Source of the DNA: Haplodiscus bocki
Lineage: Eukaryota
DNA: 64,000 bases
Direction: 5' to 3'
NCBI GenBank assembly: GCA_965655095.1
Contig: OZ296659.1
Location: 76,074,001-76,138,000, forward strand
Of this stretch, positions 37,079 through 51,523 are shown one piece after another; the stretch's first letter is position 1; every line of letters starts with the position of its first letter. A program made the translations under genes and the position numbers. The notes beneath the pieces are model-generated. The model saw nothing but the letters and a program-made list of their open reading frames with translations. It was not told the DNA's origin and searched no databases.

Positions 37079-39913
37079 TAATTCTTACCCCGATAGGCAG
37101 GCTAGTGGAAAGGTGGGGAAATTAATAAAGTAAAATTGACTCGAGTGGGAGGACAACAATTCGAAGAAAATTGACATAAAATTGCGAAGATAAAATATCA
37201 AAAAATACTTACTTGGTGTTTTTCATTTTCATGACTGTAGGTATAAAAAATGACGGCATTGCAGAGTAATAAACTTGAACAATTTTCAGGCAGCAGTTTT
37301 TCAGCGTGTTTTTTTCTGCAAAGATAACTAAACTTTAACCACCAAAAGTAGTCCTAGCTGACAAGGATTCTAAAAAAACAGGAAGTATCTGTGAGGGGGC
37401 AATGGAGGAGGGGCTTGGATGGTAATTTAGAAGGATAGGATAGGATGAGAAGGACATGGTAGATAGTGGGTAGATGGGTAGACAATTTCTGGGATAGAAC
37501 ATATGGATAGAACATACTACAAGTACAACACCTTGGTGGCGGTCAACGTTGGACGATTGATTGGCTGATGTACCTTAACAGTTGCCGGGAATAGTTGAAT
37601 GAAACACTCTCGCTGCGGGAGGGGGCATCCTTCAGACTATTAGCATCCGAGGAAGCCATTATGAGAAGTGCAGAGTGAAAAACAGCAATGCCATCGACTT
37701 ACATCGACTTTTCAAAGGGAATTGTTTCACGCTGGCATCAACATAGGTTAGCCATGCAATTCTGCACCATTTTTATTTCAATGTGACTGTTAGCTGCTCA
37801 ACTACTGGTGAATGCAGCACAAGCCAATGCAGTGTAAGATGTACCAGTAATTTTATCCAACTTACAATCTTTAGGGACAATTTTGGTGAGTCCTTTGAAG
37901 CGTGTTCCACTTATGCCACAGGGATCTCTTCAAGTCTGCTGTAACCGTACGTGCAACCAACGGCCTTGTCGTTTCTTGTCAGTTTTCATTTTTAAGCCAT
38001 TTTTTAACTTCTACGATGCACATGTTCTCGCTGGTAGGAGCCATCATAGAGCAGTGATGATCTGCGTAAATGAAATTAGGTGGTGATTTTTCATTGAGTC
38101 ATAAACCGAGAAAGTGTCGGGGCTGAACACTAGTCTGCCACGAAAATTGGACCATCACATTTTCTTACAGTTTTTTGATCTCACAGTACCGAAAAACTTG
38201 TACGACCTTTCGGTGTTTTTATTTAAAAAGTTGGTATTAAAAATAGTGTAAAGCAAAAGAGTTACGACGATTTTTTTCCAAAATATTTTTGTGTGACAGT
38301 GCCGAGAAACTTCGCAGGGAGATACTTTTTTCTAGAAATGTTTCACAAATTTTATAAGAGACAAGTTTTGCTCAGAGTGGAAACGATTGCTCAAGAGTAG
38401 ACATTTCGATGTAATCTGGAAAAAGTCATCACAAGAGTCAGTTTTTTCTACGAATGCCACTAATAGAAGCGTTCAGTCTCGTAATGTCGGATTAGTCTGT
38501 ATCAAACCAAAAAGCTCGTTTATTTCAGCAAAATTTGAGACTCACTACTGTCTACATCGGAAAATAATCGCTGCAGAAGCAAATGGTTTCCTTAGTCGGG
38601 AGAAGTTGAAATCTAAGTTTCTTACTAATCAAATTCTTACTAATCTTTTCCGTCAGAGGGATGCAGAAATGGTTCATAGAGAATACACTAAAAAATTGCC
38701 CACCGTCAACGGAGTAAAAAGTTGTCGATTGAAACATTGGTGGAAGAATTCAAGCAGACAACTTTAGGGAACTATGAGTTTGTATAAAAAAGCAAAACAA
38801 AAGTAATTGTTTTTTTTTTTGGCATTTTAAGCATCATAATTCTGATTCTTAAGAGAAAATCAAAAATTTTCCATGCAAAAATACTTCTATTGATGAAAAA
38901 CGGCCAATTTCTACCTTGATGAAAGAAATCAAATCGGTAGTTAAGGCGGAAATAGGAGTTTGAATATCAATACTTGTTGTCAACAATGAATGCAGTTTTA
39001 AGCATTTTCGACCAATCAAAATTCCACACACGGAACAAAATCAATGGGCTCTTAACTGGATAATCCCCTAAAAAAGCCAGCCATTGATTGAAACCTCGAA
39101 AGAAGAAATGAAGCCAGTATTGTTGAAGAAAGCTGGATTTGAATGTCGAGGTAAGTCAAAACTAGTAAAACTGCAGTTTGTGATATCTCCGAGCTATCAA
39201 AATTCTGATATAAGAAACGAAATTGATGATTTTTTTCATCGCAGCGTCTACCACAAATATATTGCTGCAGATTGACAACTTGAAGGAAGAAATCAAATTT
39301 GAACCTATGTAGAAATCGAGTTTGAAAAACGAGATATCTCATTAAGATTAGCAGTTTCTAGCCTTTTCATCCTATCAGGATTCCAACGCAACAAAAATAG
39401 CAACGAGTTTTGATTCAAACGTCAAAAAGACTTTCACAGGTGAAAGACGGTCGATAGAGACCTTGCTGGAATGAATGAAGTCTGTAATTATAGAGGAACA
39501 TGAATTTGACTTTCGAGATCTGTTAACAAAAACAACTTTTTGGCACTTTCAGCTTTTGAAAACTCCGACGCCGAATAAAATTGAAAAGCTTTATTTTGAC
39601 TGGTCTTCTACAAGTAGCAAGCTGTGGATTGAAACATCAATGGATGAATAGAAGTAGGTAGCGTTGAAGAATTACATGTTTGAGTATCGAGAGAGAGAAG
39701 GACTAATACCAATTTTTGATGTTTTCGGTTTATAAAGATTCCAAAGCAAGGAACACCAAAAACAAAGGAAAAATCCTTAGTTTTTCATTGTAGATTCTAC
39801 AATTAAAAAACTGCTGTGTCTAGTCTTGATGTTTCAAATCCAGCTTTTAGCTATGCCAAATAACGAAATTAAAATTCTTCGCAAGTCTATACTTAATTTC
39901 TTCTTTACCAACA

Positions 39914-40063
39914 ATGCAGTATAAGAAAGGCATCATAAGTAGTCCAGCTCGAAGAATTCCAATCAATATTTTTTGTGGGAACTGCAAAAATCAGGTTCTC
40001 GAAAAAGCGGGTAGCTACTATTGTGATAAATGCCTCAAAATCATATATGTTTTTAGTTTTTAA
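39914..40063 (+). pseudogene. Short Cys4 zinc-ribbon ORF remnant, possibly from a decayed Maverick/Polinton-like element
   Basis: MQYKKGIISSPARRIPINIFCGNCKNQVLEKAGSYYCDKCLKIIYVFSF* (C-x2-C-x12-C-x2-C). Confidence 0.35.
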
Positions 40064-40205
40064 GAAAAAGTTCTTAAATTTCGTTTTTGACGAAATTGGA
40101 AATTGTACAAAATACCCTGTAATTTGCAATGAAAAAATTCAGAAGTTGTTTAAGACTATCTTGAAGTACATAGAAGAAAGGCTTGCTCAAGGGCTCGAAC
40201 CCCCT

Positions 40206-40853
40206 ATCTATGAGCTATCTTAGTGCAGTGATAACGCGATCTCTTAAATGCAAAGCACTACGTATGCAGACTTGCAGTCAGTGTTGATTCTACATAGTCA
40301 ATAACTAAAGTCTGGGAGAATATGAGAAGTCTGTGTTTCATGGGTGATTTCAAGAAAAGAGAAAAACTTCCAAACCCCGTTGAATTTTTCCGTCTGATAT
40401 TTTCAATCAACACAGAAGATAATAATTCCAGATAACAACGATTTGGAACGCACATAACCACGCATTATTAATATTTGCAGACAACTCTTCGGTGACGGGA
40501 CGGCGGAAACTCGTCGCAGAGTGAACTGGGATCTATGAGCTATCTTAGTGCAGTGATAACGCGATCTCTTAAATGCAAAGCACTACGTATGCAGACTTGC
40601 AGTCAGTGTTGATTCTACATAGTCAATAACTAAAGTCTGGGAGAATATGAGAAGTCTGTGTTTCATGGGTGATTTCAAGAAAAGAGAAAAACTTCCAAAC
40701 CCCGTTGAATTTTTCCGTCTGATATTTTCAATCAACACAGAAGATAATAATTCCAGATAACAACGATTTGGAACGCACATAACCACGCATTATTAATATT
40801 TGCAGACAACTCTTCGGTGACGGGACGGCGGAAACTCGTCGCAGAGTGAACTG
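40206..40853. repeat. Apparently perfect tandem duplication, 323-bp unit plus GG spacer (period 325)
   Basis: 40206-40528 matches 40531-40853; identical ORFs at 40258 and 40583. Confidence 0.97.
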
Positions 40854-41159
40854 ATCGCAATGCAAATGCAAGCGATAACCTCGCATTTGAATTAGATAGA
40901 AATCAATCATTTCAAATTAATTGTGAGCTACTTTCTTTGCCTAACATTCTTGAGTAACATAATAAAATACCCGGGAACAAACCAAGTTGGTGCTATAAGC
41001 AGCGCTCAAAATACGTGTTTGATTTTTTGAAAAGTTTTGATTTCTCCAGGGATCTTCAGAAATAGGGTGGCAATGCATTTGGTTTTCGGAAAATTTTCTA
41101 TTTTATGCAAAGCGGGTATGTTTGTTACTCTTTTTCTGGACTTTTGTTATAGTCTATGG

Positions 41160-41208
41160 AAAAGACGTCTCTGAAAAAGACCTCTCTGAAAAAGACGTCT
41201 CTGAAAAA
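41160..41208. repeat. 15-bp tandem repeat x3 (aaaaagac(g/c)tctctg)
   Basis: Direct reading. Confidence 0.9.
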
Positions 41209-43379
41209 TAAGAAAAAGGCATGGGTGTTACAAAGTAATGAAGCATCACGAAAAATTTGGGAACTTTCTTTTCCCAAAGTTTTTTTCTCCTAATCAAAGG
41301 TGTTATTTGGTTTTTGGTCACAAATGGCATCCGCAGAAAAAAAAGCGTTTCAGAATGAACCTTCCGTTTTGAGATATAATTTCGTAGCAAAACATGCTAT
41401 TTCCTATTATCAAGAAAATTAAAGAACTCTTAAACTTTTAGTCTAACTTTGTGGAAAAATTGCTGAATTTTGATAATTAAAGTTTTGAAGCTGACGTAGA
41501 GTGACTTGTTTTTTTAAAAACCACAAGAATGATATTCTTCTAAAATCAAGAACATGGGCAGAAACTAGTAAATTATAATTTAAAAACAGACGCAGCAAAA
41601 ATGATTCCTAGATACTACAACAAACTACTTTGATACAGGAATTTTTGAAAAAGAGTTCTGGTGAAAATGATTATGAGTGTCGAGAAACATCAGTAAGAAT
41701 GCACAATTCGGCGTGTTCGACATTCGAGACTTTCAGAAAAAAAGGACGCGAACTGGAAACAGCACCAATAAAATGCCCTTCTGCGAACAAAAATTTCTCC
41801 TTCGATAACTTCGTGAATTATAACTTCGAATAACCAAATAGAAAGTTCAATTAATCGTCGAATCACTGAAGTCAAAACGCCCAGTTATAATTCATGAGTT
41901 CCAAGCTGATAAATTTTGCTCTAAATCACGCAGAATCCAAAATTTTCTTGTAATTTGGATGCGAATTCGCCTAAATTTGATCAGACTTTCTTCGGAACCA
42001 GCTCCCACTTCTTAAAAAACGGATGGTCTGTTGTTCGTTGTTGAGGCAAAGATCAGGTGATCTGATCCAATTGAACCGCATTAAATTTAATCTAAACTAC
42101 GAAAACTCGCTGCATTTGTCGCAAAAAGAGAGGTGCTAAATTAGTCAAAAACGCAGTAGTTATAGATGCGAAAATAGAAAAGTCGTGGAATAATTTTGCA
42201 CACTGAATTCGTGAATTGCTTGCTAGTTTGAAAAGCCAGTTACTTCCACTTGTTTTTTCGTCGTAATTTATCACGAAAAAAGTCTTCATTTCAGTACGTA
42301 CACAATTTTCTCGGCTAGTTTGCAGAATAAAGTCTACATTTTCTAGTAACTTGTTGTTTTTTTCAAACTTTTCATTGCTTACTTCTATATCTTAGTGGTC
42401 AGCGACAATGAGAGCCAATCACCGGCCTTTAGTCCCTACGAAAACCGCGTTCGATTCCCGCTAAAAACTCTTTTCAACGTAATTACATACTTTATCAACT
42501 TTTACTAGTAAATATCCAATTATTTCAAGTACAATGCTTTGTTTTCGCTTTCGTTTTGATTTTCCCTCGAAACATTTCACTTCCTAAAAATTTGACGCAC
42601 TAATAATTTTTGATCAGTATTTATTAAATTTCAGAAAATTTCAATTTTCGAACCTTTGCCCTTTTTGTAGCAAACAAAACAAGGTTGATCTGATAAAATA
42701 TAAGACTTTCTGGAAACGTTGCTTTCTTTTTCTAGAACGTTCTCCTATTCTTTTCGTTTGAAGATTCCGGAAAAACTACGGTTATGCGAAAATTTTCGGT
42801 GCTCCAAACACTATTGAAGTGCAAGTAGAGAACCTAAAATTTCCTTCAAAAATTAGTTTTTTGTTTGGAAAACTTTCTCAAAGCACGGTTTTTAGGCTCC
42901 AAAACAACACGAAAACCCAGCACAAAAAGTTTTCAATCGAATTTGTTGTTGCAAAAACTCTTGAATGAATAAAAATCCAAAATGCCAGAAACTGCAAATC
43001 TTTTTGTTGTTTGTCGATATTCATAATCAGTTTTTTCAAAATTGACTCGCTAGATCCCACCTGTCAAGGTCTCCATAGACCAATTTTTAGCTGAAGAAAA
43101 GATGTGATCAGAGAATTCTTGGGGTTTTGCAACGATAACCTGATAGTTCCGTTATGCCGAAGTTAGCAAATAGTAATAAAAAATTTCGTCACTTAAAGTC
43201 TTTCGACTCCAAAAATAGCGACTAAGGTTCTGCCACCAAGCTCTGAAACGAAAAAATATTACTTGAGAAACGTTTTTCAATATCCTTCCTGGAAAATATT
43301 TTAATTCATTGAACCCCTACTGAACCGAAAAAGTCGAAAAGTTCAGGAATCAAATATTTTCCTTCATACTCACAATATT

Positions 43380-46300
43380 AACCTAGGACACGTGCACATC
43401 CCATTATGTGAGGCCTCTGCGAAGATTTGAATCATAGTCGATTTCCCAAGACGTTTTTGATGGCTGACATTTCTGAATCCAACCAGGTCATGACATTACA
43501 ACCCTAGTTTTTGGTCCTAACTTTAGGGCGCGTGGGAGTCTGCTCCGTTTATCATTTTGGGGGCTGTTGCCTTTGGATCTGGTTAGTTTGGAAGCAGTTA
43601 CTTACACTTAAGACTTGCTTCAGCTGATTGTTGACCCCTGTCTCTGAAGTTTGTAGAGTTTTTACATTGGTATCTTTGATTTCTACAGCGTCTTGCAAGT
43701 TGTCCATCCGTCATTGGATTGACAGAATCTCATACTCCAAATTTCAACTGCGTTGGCAGCTTCATCAAGTTGATTTTTTACATGTGCACGCATGGCTAGA
43801 TTTTCAAGTTACTTTTTTCAAGTTAGTTTTTTTGTCTTTAGCGCATTTCCTTACAAAAAGCTTTCAACCGCTCATTTAGTTCTTTAACTAAGCGGCTCAA
43901 ACGGGCAAGGCCTTCGCTGCTCCTTATGGTTGGCTAACGCGTTAAGTAGTTGCTATGTCCACGATAGCCACAAAATTCGCCAGGAGAGCCAAGAGGTAGT
44001 CTGGAACTATTTCGAAGGCTGTTATCGTTCATCTCATTTTTTTCCTTTGACCACAACCGCGAGGGTTAGGTTTGCCTGAGAGTGGGGGAGAGGTTGCTGC
44101 GGCCAGAAAATTATGACTGGTTGTTAACTTAAACTCATCTTTTTTGGTGTAATAGACAATTTGTCAAGATGTGGCTGCAGTTCAGTGTCATGAGGGTCCG
44201 CTCCTTGATTTAATATTGAAAAATTGCTGTCCAATTGAGTTTGCCGGTCTGAATTTTAATCCTCGCACACCACATAAGCATCAGGTTCACGCAATATCAC
44301 CTTACTTGGATTTAAAGTTAATACAGGAATTTTTTCCCAGCTTCCGAAATCCGGGTGAGTTGGTGTACAATATTTGACATTTATTCGTTTTTTCTTCACT
44401 TCTCCTTCGTTCTTCGACAGCCGTTGGGACATCTTGTTTTCTGTTGCATCCTTTTTTTTGGATTTCAGCACTCTTCTGAAACTTGAAAAGTGACACTGGG
44501 GTTTGGAATGTAAAAACAGGGTCTCAAAACGCCGAACTCGTAATTTTGTTGTATTCTGTCGTAAATTTTGCGCCCATCCGATCTTCAAATCTTCTCTGCG
44601 AGCTCCGGCCACCGTTCTTTTGAGCCGAGCATCATGAAGGTTAGCAAACTTCAAGTTGGCCCAAAAATCTCCAAAGAAAGCCATGGGATTGCAAAAAAAT
44701 CTGAGACCATTTCATGGGCTGGATAGGGCTGAAGAAATTATCGAAACTTAGAAAAAGTATTGTGGTGAGGTTGTTGAGGTCCCTGGATTAGCAAATTTAA
44801 TCACCACGGGTGTCCTCAAATTTTAGAGCTTCACCCATCCCATATGGATGATTTCGTCAAAAAACGGCCAACAATTGTCAAGGATGATCCGATTGACTGG
44901 GGAAGTAGCTTACTAGAAGAAATTGTGACGCCATTACTTAATTCAAGCTCAGATTAGAGTTTCCGGCGTTGGAATTTGTTGGAGATCCGGAAAACTATCT
45001 AAACGAGGGTTCTCCTCAAATTGGTTTACGGTTTTTCAGCTAATCTTTGTGGATACTTCGTCCAACCTGAAAAAATTTTGATCAATCGTCAAAATATGCT
45101 TAGTCAATCACTGAGCGAAGCTACCTATGCTGCAGCTGAAGCTCTACTAATTGTCAATATAATACCGAACTTTCATCGAAATTGCGTCTTCGAATTGTCC
45201 GGTGTCTATTTTTCCAATTTCGTCCAAACACTGTGAAATTTATCCTCCGAACACCAAAATTGTCATTCAGAATATCCGCTCACACTTGAAAACTCTGTTC
45301 CAGCAAAACGCGCGACCGGAGATTCTGTCCAAGCTGACAGAAAGCCGCCTATTTTTGTTCACGTTTGTGTTTGATTCTTCTTGACCAAAGAGCGTTGCAG
45401 CAGTTGAAAGTGTCAGAGAAACTGGTTAGTGGTCTTTTGAAGCCGTTCCAAGGTCGCGATTGGTCATCATGTTCTACTTTATTTCTTCGGTTTACAGACT
45501 TCTGTGCGTCCAGAAAAGGCTCCCAATCAAGTTTTTTTGGCTTTTTTGTGCCCAAATCATTAATACAGATGTTTTCACTGCTCTCTTCTACATAAAACCA
45601 AGTTTTTTGGTGCCGCATTAAATTTTCTCTATCTCCGAGGCTCTAGAAATGACATTCGAGCAAAGTTGATAGATTTTTCCGTATTATGCAATTGATGGAC
45701 CGATTTTGTTTGCTGCAAATCTGTCAAAATTGTTCAAATTTTTCTCACTTGCTGGTGATGATGTGCAGTTGACGTTTTTGACGTGCCATGGTCTGGAGCT
45801 AAGGGTTAGAAATTGAGTCTCGGAATTTTGATCTGCCTAAGTTCCTCAATTTCAGCTTCTTCCATGTGAAATTTTACGCGAGCACTTTCCTCAGAAAGTT
45901 ATGCGAGAGTTGGCATTGATAGCCAAACTCGCCGCAGTTCGTACAATATTTGATTAGATAAGATTACTGAGCTCTCAGTGTGAGTTTATGTACTTGTCAT
46001 TCACGTCCAGTGGTTTCAGATTTTCACTCTTGGACTGTGGCTGTTTTTGTCGGAAAAGGGCTGAAATTTTGTTAATACTGACTTGATTGACCGGATATTT
46101 GCTACACGTTCGAATTGTGGGCAACTGATTTTAACTTACTTGTTACAGGGATGCTGGCTACGGGAACGATTTCGAGTCCGGAATACACTGTTTTTCTGGG
46201 TGATGCTCAAAAAAAGTCTTTTCAGGTCTTTCTGCTGTTCTTCAACAGTACTTGTTGGAACGGGCTGTTCTTTTTCTTATTGTCGGGCTGTAGGTAACCA

Positions 46301-47400
46301 AGTTCTAGTCAGAGTTTTTTGAAATCGTGCTGAATACGGAAGATGTCGCGCTGGGTGTCACTAAAATGCCAAACATTCTGGAAAAGGAAAATTGTGGTTG
46401 TGTAAATCTTCAGAATTGTGCTCGAAATTTTCCGAAAATGGCCTCTGCGCTCCAAAACTTATGCTGATTTTGAGTCTGGTTGTTTCGTTTCTTGAAAAAA
46501 ATTAGGTTCTTGATTGTATACAGGCTGGACTTACCCTAAGGGTTATTTTTCGCGTTTTCGGCGTTATCTTTCTGGGGATTGGTACAACAGGACTCAAACT
46601 TTTACGTAATTAAACTTAATTTTTTGAGACCTTTTTGTTTGTTGGGATGGGTTCAAAGTGTTTTCGTTCAAGTTTCGGTTTTGAAGTTTTCTCTATCTAA
46701 AAATTACTGCGTAACAATTTTTTAAAATGTTTTTGCGCCCCTGCTGGATGCAATTTAAAAAAAAGTCACAGACAGTTAACTGCTCACATGGCAAGAAGTA
46801 CCTAAGAACAAGCTAAAACAGTCGATCACGCACCGTTTTTCTGTACTTAAACGCAAAATGTCACGAAAGACGCACAGAAATCGAAAAATCAGCACTTTTG
46901 GGAGAACAGAATGGATACCCTCAAAGTGTATCATAACTCACAAGAAATTTTCAGGAGTTGACTGGACATAACGGTGTGTCACCTGGAGAAGTCTTTTATT
47001 CAGTTCGATTCTTCTGTTTAGACTGTTCTTCTGTTCTACGCTGTCTTCTTTCTGTTTTAGCTGTTTTTGCCTCTTATATTTCTTTGTCTGTTATGCTGCT
47101 ACTATCAAGAGCGCAAATCGGACCGACGCAATTTTCATTAGGACAATGAGCTCTATCAGATGGATAACAATTTTGCCTAGAGTGTTAAAAGCCAAGCTTA
47201 ACGAACACTTAGTAAAAACTAATAATTCTATTTGGCCTGCTCTGAATTCCAGCCAAAAATGGAAAAAAATTGGAATGCAGCAGTGTTTCTCAGTCGCTCT
47301 TTCTGAAGAATCCATTAAGAATTACTCCCAGTGGACTACAAGGTTCATGGACTGGAGTTTATGAGGAATGGATGCTCACCAGTAACGATTCTGAAAGAAA
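43380..47400 (-). mobile_element. Probable highly decayed retroelement (gag-like) on the minus strand
   Basis: Knuckle-like KYCTNCGEFGYQC at ~45950-45915; coding-like composition with many stops. Boundaries uncertain. Confidence 0.35.
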
Positions 47401-48099
47401 ATATTTATTGGATATTGTGCTACTAACGTGTCGTTTCCAGGTTTTTGGGTTGGAGTTTTGACCAGAACGATTGGAACTTTACAACATGCGCTAAATCCGA
47501 GCTGAGCAGCAATCCTGGAGTTGATCCTCGTTGCAAAATTTACAGAAACGGTCTAATTTAAGCCCATCCTCAAAAATCCGAAAAGCAGAAATAAACACGA
47601 TTTTTTACAAAAAAGTGTGAACCTTTCTGCAACCACAAGGAATTGAACCGTGATTTATTCAAGATGTTTTTGAGCTTTTAAAACATAAAATTCAAAAATA
47701 CTTGATGAAAACAGAATCTTCTTTACTGTATAGAAAAATCCATATTTTGTTGTTCAAAGCCTCAGGACACAGTTCTTCTTTGTGGTCGGAAACCAAATCT
47801 ACCATAAAATAGAAATCGGCATCAGGCTTTGTTGAGATACTTGCAGATGACATACGATCCCTTTGCTGACCACCTTCCTAAGTTACTGAACAGTCCGTAA
47901 CTTCTCCTAAGATTTTCTGTCAGAACTGGGAAATAGAGGGAATGGGATAGATACCTTCCCAAATGGTCACCCAACGAAGTTTTGCTGAGACGGTCTCAAC
48001 GGAAAAAGGGTTTTCGAGACCAGAATCCAATACGCCCAACAGCAATGAATTTAGGCTGAGCTAAACATGACTGGTGTTCAGGTGTTTTCGGGTATTTTG

Positions 48100-51000
48100 G
48101 CTCAATTTTTTCCGTAAACCGTTAACACATATCAGGAAGTGCTGCAGCAAAGCAGACAACAGACGCCACGCGAAACCGAAGCAAACGGCACCATCCCATC
48201 TAAAGAGAATGAAGGCAAAAAACTAGTTGATTTGACAGAAAATTCACATAAAATGTTTGCAATCAGTTTGATAGAAGAGCCATTGATGGCCTTTAGCACA
48301 GTAAAAGACCAACTGATGATCTTTTCGATGACACACCTACACCTGATTACGTTGTCGACGACCATATTAAGGCTCATGGTGTTTGCCCATTTGGCTTCAA
48401 AGACGCGAAAAACAAGCGCCCTCGTTGTTTCCGCGGAATTGGTTAGCGTCATTTCGGTCAAGATTTCAAAAATTAAAGTTAGAACTATTGACCACAATCA
48501 TGGCGGCAGCACCACTGAATTTTCTGAGTCCAGGTAGCAAACGGAAAATCGGCAATCCAAAACTTTGTCTTTGAGATTGGAATCTTCAGTTCTAGAGAAC
48601 TGCTCATTCTATTAGAAAAGAACACTTCCACAATCTTAAGGTTGTTATTTCTGTGAAACAAAGTCGCTGTCAATGGCGTGACACATGACTTAATTAACTC
48701 TCCACACCTTAGTATGTTCAAAAAGAAGATAACCAAACGAGACAAAAATTAATCTTGTTATTGCACCTCAGTCAATTGAAGAATATTGACGCCATTTGCA
48801 TACCGCAGACGGTCACTATGTTTCCTCCAACGACTCTTAGATTGGTAGCAGACAGATAATAGTCCGGTCAGACATATCCAACGTTTGGCACAGTCACACC
48901 GGTGGCACTTTTTTCTGCGAGCACCAAACTGTCCATTGTTCATTCTGGGTCTCATGTTGCTAACAACTTCGTAAGAGTCCGAGTCATGAACACGACGGAA
49001 TCGCGATAGACAAACAAATGCGAGAGCCTGCTGGCAGTGTTCCGATCGGTGCTGGCAGCTTGAATCCTAATCAGATAAAAAGCACATGAAAAGTGAAAAC
49101 AAGAATGATGGAAACAAACAGATTGAGGATGAAGACTTTTGAGCAGTCAACGAAAAAATTCTCAAAGCAAATGAAAAAAGCCAACAGACGACGTTTTTTG
49201 TTTACAAAAACAGAAACTCGAAGTAACCGAGAAAACCCTGCACTTATGCAGAAATGCTGCTAGTAACGCTCCACAACTTGCCATAAAGAAAACTGAAACG
49301 GAAAGAAATCGAAGAGTCGAAGCTAGGGTTGTTGGCCAAATTCAAATTGACAGATTCAGTATCTAACTTAACGAAAAGAAGAAATTTTGAACTCGTATTC
49401 GCTGAGTATAGTGAAATTTTTGTGGGACAGCAATAAAACATCGGCATGAACACTGAACTCAAGGATCTAATTGTCACCCAAACAGCAAAACCTAGTTTCC
49501 AGCAGGAAGCTACCAAGTCCCGTCAACTCAATGGGGGGCTTTGTTGTTGATTTTGACCTAACACAAAAAATAGCAATGTGACGGTTCTAATCTTCTGAAA
49601 GCACGCATGTTTTTTCTTCACACAACGCAAAACTAACGGGAAATTGGGACAACTAGTGGGATTGAGGAAAAAACTGATATCAAATCTGACGACTTCAAGA
49701 GTAACAGCTATTGAATCAGCATGCTATTTAATGCGGCTTGTCACCTAGTGAAAAAACTCTCGCTTTCAGTTTGACCGTTCGGAAGCAGATCCCTACTTAC
49801 ATTCGGAAGAAAAAACTGTAGAATGCCTGATGTCGTCTGTGCCAACAAGCTCTTTGAAGACCGAGGACTTGCGCAGCGACTAGTTCGATCGTTTTTGGAA
49901 TTCGGAGGCTAAATGAGAGACTACCGATACATTGTCAAAAATGTAGCCTTTGTTCCATGTTTGTGAATGACACAGAGACAGCGCCCAATGATGACAAGCG
50001 GTTGACTAAAAAGACGAATTTTGAAGTTGACAGAGAAAAGTCAGTGAGGTACATTTTGCTGACAGAGCTCTATGAACAAAAAAAGTAGCATCTCGGCAAC
50101 ACAAGATGCAAAACGTTTTTGAAAAAAAATCAAATTTGCCATATATAAAAAGACAGTTCAACGCCTTTTGGGTCTTGTGCTTTGTCAAATGTTATCGCAG
50201 TATATTCCTTAGATTTACTTAAAAACTGATTCTTTTATATGAGTTCGTTTCCTCAAAAGAGTTTTTGGCTGTTTAGTACTCAGTTCACATAGTACAGCCA
50301 TAAAATCTGGCAGGCGAAACGATCAGTTCGTTCTTCTCCTAAGAGATATCAAGTCTGTTACCCACTTCCTTCACACACTTCCTTCACACACGAAGAGAAT
50401 TTCGTTCACACTTTACCGAGGACTGTGTGCCACTAACTGCTTCAGTTCAACTTCAACAAAGCCGACAACATCAAAGCGGAGGGAGATTTTCTGTCACAAC
50501 TAGCGATCAATCTAACAGCAAAAGTGCATTTGCCTCTCAGAGGACACAAGTAAACTACGCCCTAGAAAAGCCACCCATGAGTAATATCACATTGCAAACA
50601 CAAGGCAGCTGTTCTACCCCATAGACAACTCAATTGAAACAGAAGACCAAGCCTGGGAAAAAAATAGGGAGAAATGAAGGCATAGAAAAGGCCCAAGATA
50701 CATTGCAAGCAAAACTTATGGAGCAGCGAGAGAAAAGGAATTGTCAATCAAAGTTTTTGTGGTATGTAGAGAGAAAAGTTACCTCAAACACGCAGACATT
50801 ATCATAATGAAAAACGAATCACTCAGGAGGAATTACTATGTCCAAACGGTCAATCTGTTCCACCACGAAGTTTCATTACCACAACACATCATTTGGGAAC
50901 TGTTAGTAACGTTATACGGAAAGTCATGAAAGCATCTCAGAGTTACTAAAACCATACAAGAATGTAGTGCCTAAACTATTTTCCAGGCAAGATGGGCCAG

Positions 51001-51514
51001 GGGAATCAGTACTTGTGGAGCGGTCAAAAAAGGGCTTGAGTTCTGTTTTTGGGAAAAGGACACGCGTTGACTGAACAGGCATAAACACTTAAATATCAGA
51101 GCGCACGCAAGGCACATTAAAAAGTTACAGAAGGATAGAAACACAAGAAACACGAACAGTCCTACCGAACGCCAACACTCAGACGTAAACTAGAAGTACA
51201 GCCACATCAAGCAGCCGTTTGATCCACGGAAGCATACCACAGAACCTTCTTGACTTCCAAGCAGTATCTAAAAAGATAAACAGACTAAGCAGAAGAGGTT
51301 GAATCACAAATAGTGATTTAGAAAAAAACACACGGAAGCACATTGTTCTTTCTTACATAAAATACAAGAACTACTACGACAATATGACGAAAGCAAAAAC
51401 CTCCCAATAAGTCACTACAGTTTTATCTTGACTGTCAGTAGACTGTTGGCAAACTGTCCTGCAATAGACTGTCATTCAGCGAAAGTCCATTCACGTACTT
51501 CATCTGAAAGGTAT
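48100..51514 (+). mobile_element. Second, more decayed Gypsy pol related to the 23440-33729 family
   Basis: Remnants parallel to the first element: THDLINSPHL (~48680), VRVMNTTES (~48975), IGMNTELK (~49440), TQRKTNGKL (~49620). Interrupted by the MULE; boundaries approximate. Confidence 0.6.
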
Positions 51515-51523
51515 CAACTTCAG

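Noticed and set aside
40258-40786. Two identical 67-aa ORFs suggesting a duplicated gene
   Set aside because: By-product of the DNA tandem duplication; no recognisable protein features
42390-42465. tRNA-like A box (tagtggtcagcg) and B box (gttcgattccc)
   Set aside because: No convincing cloverleaf; at most a decayed SINE head
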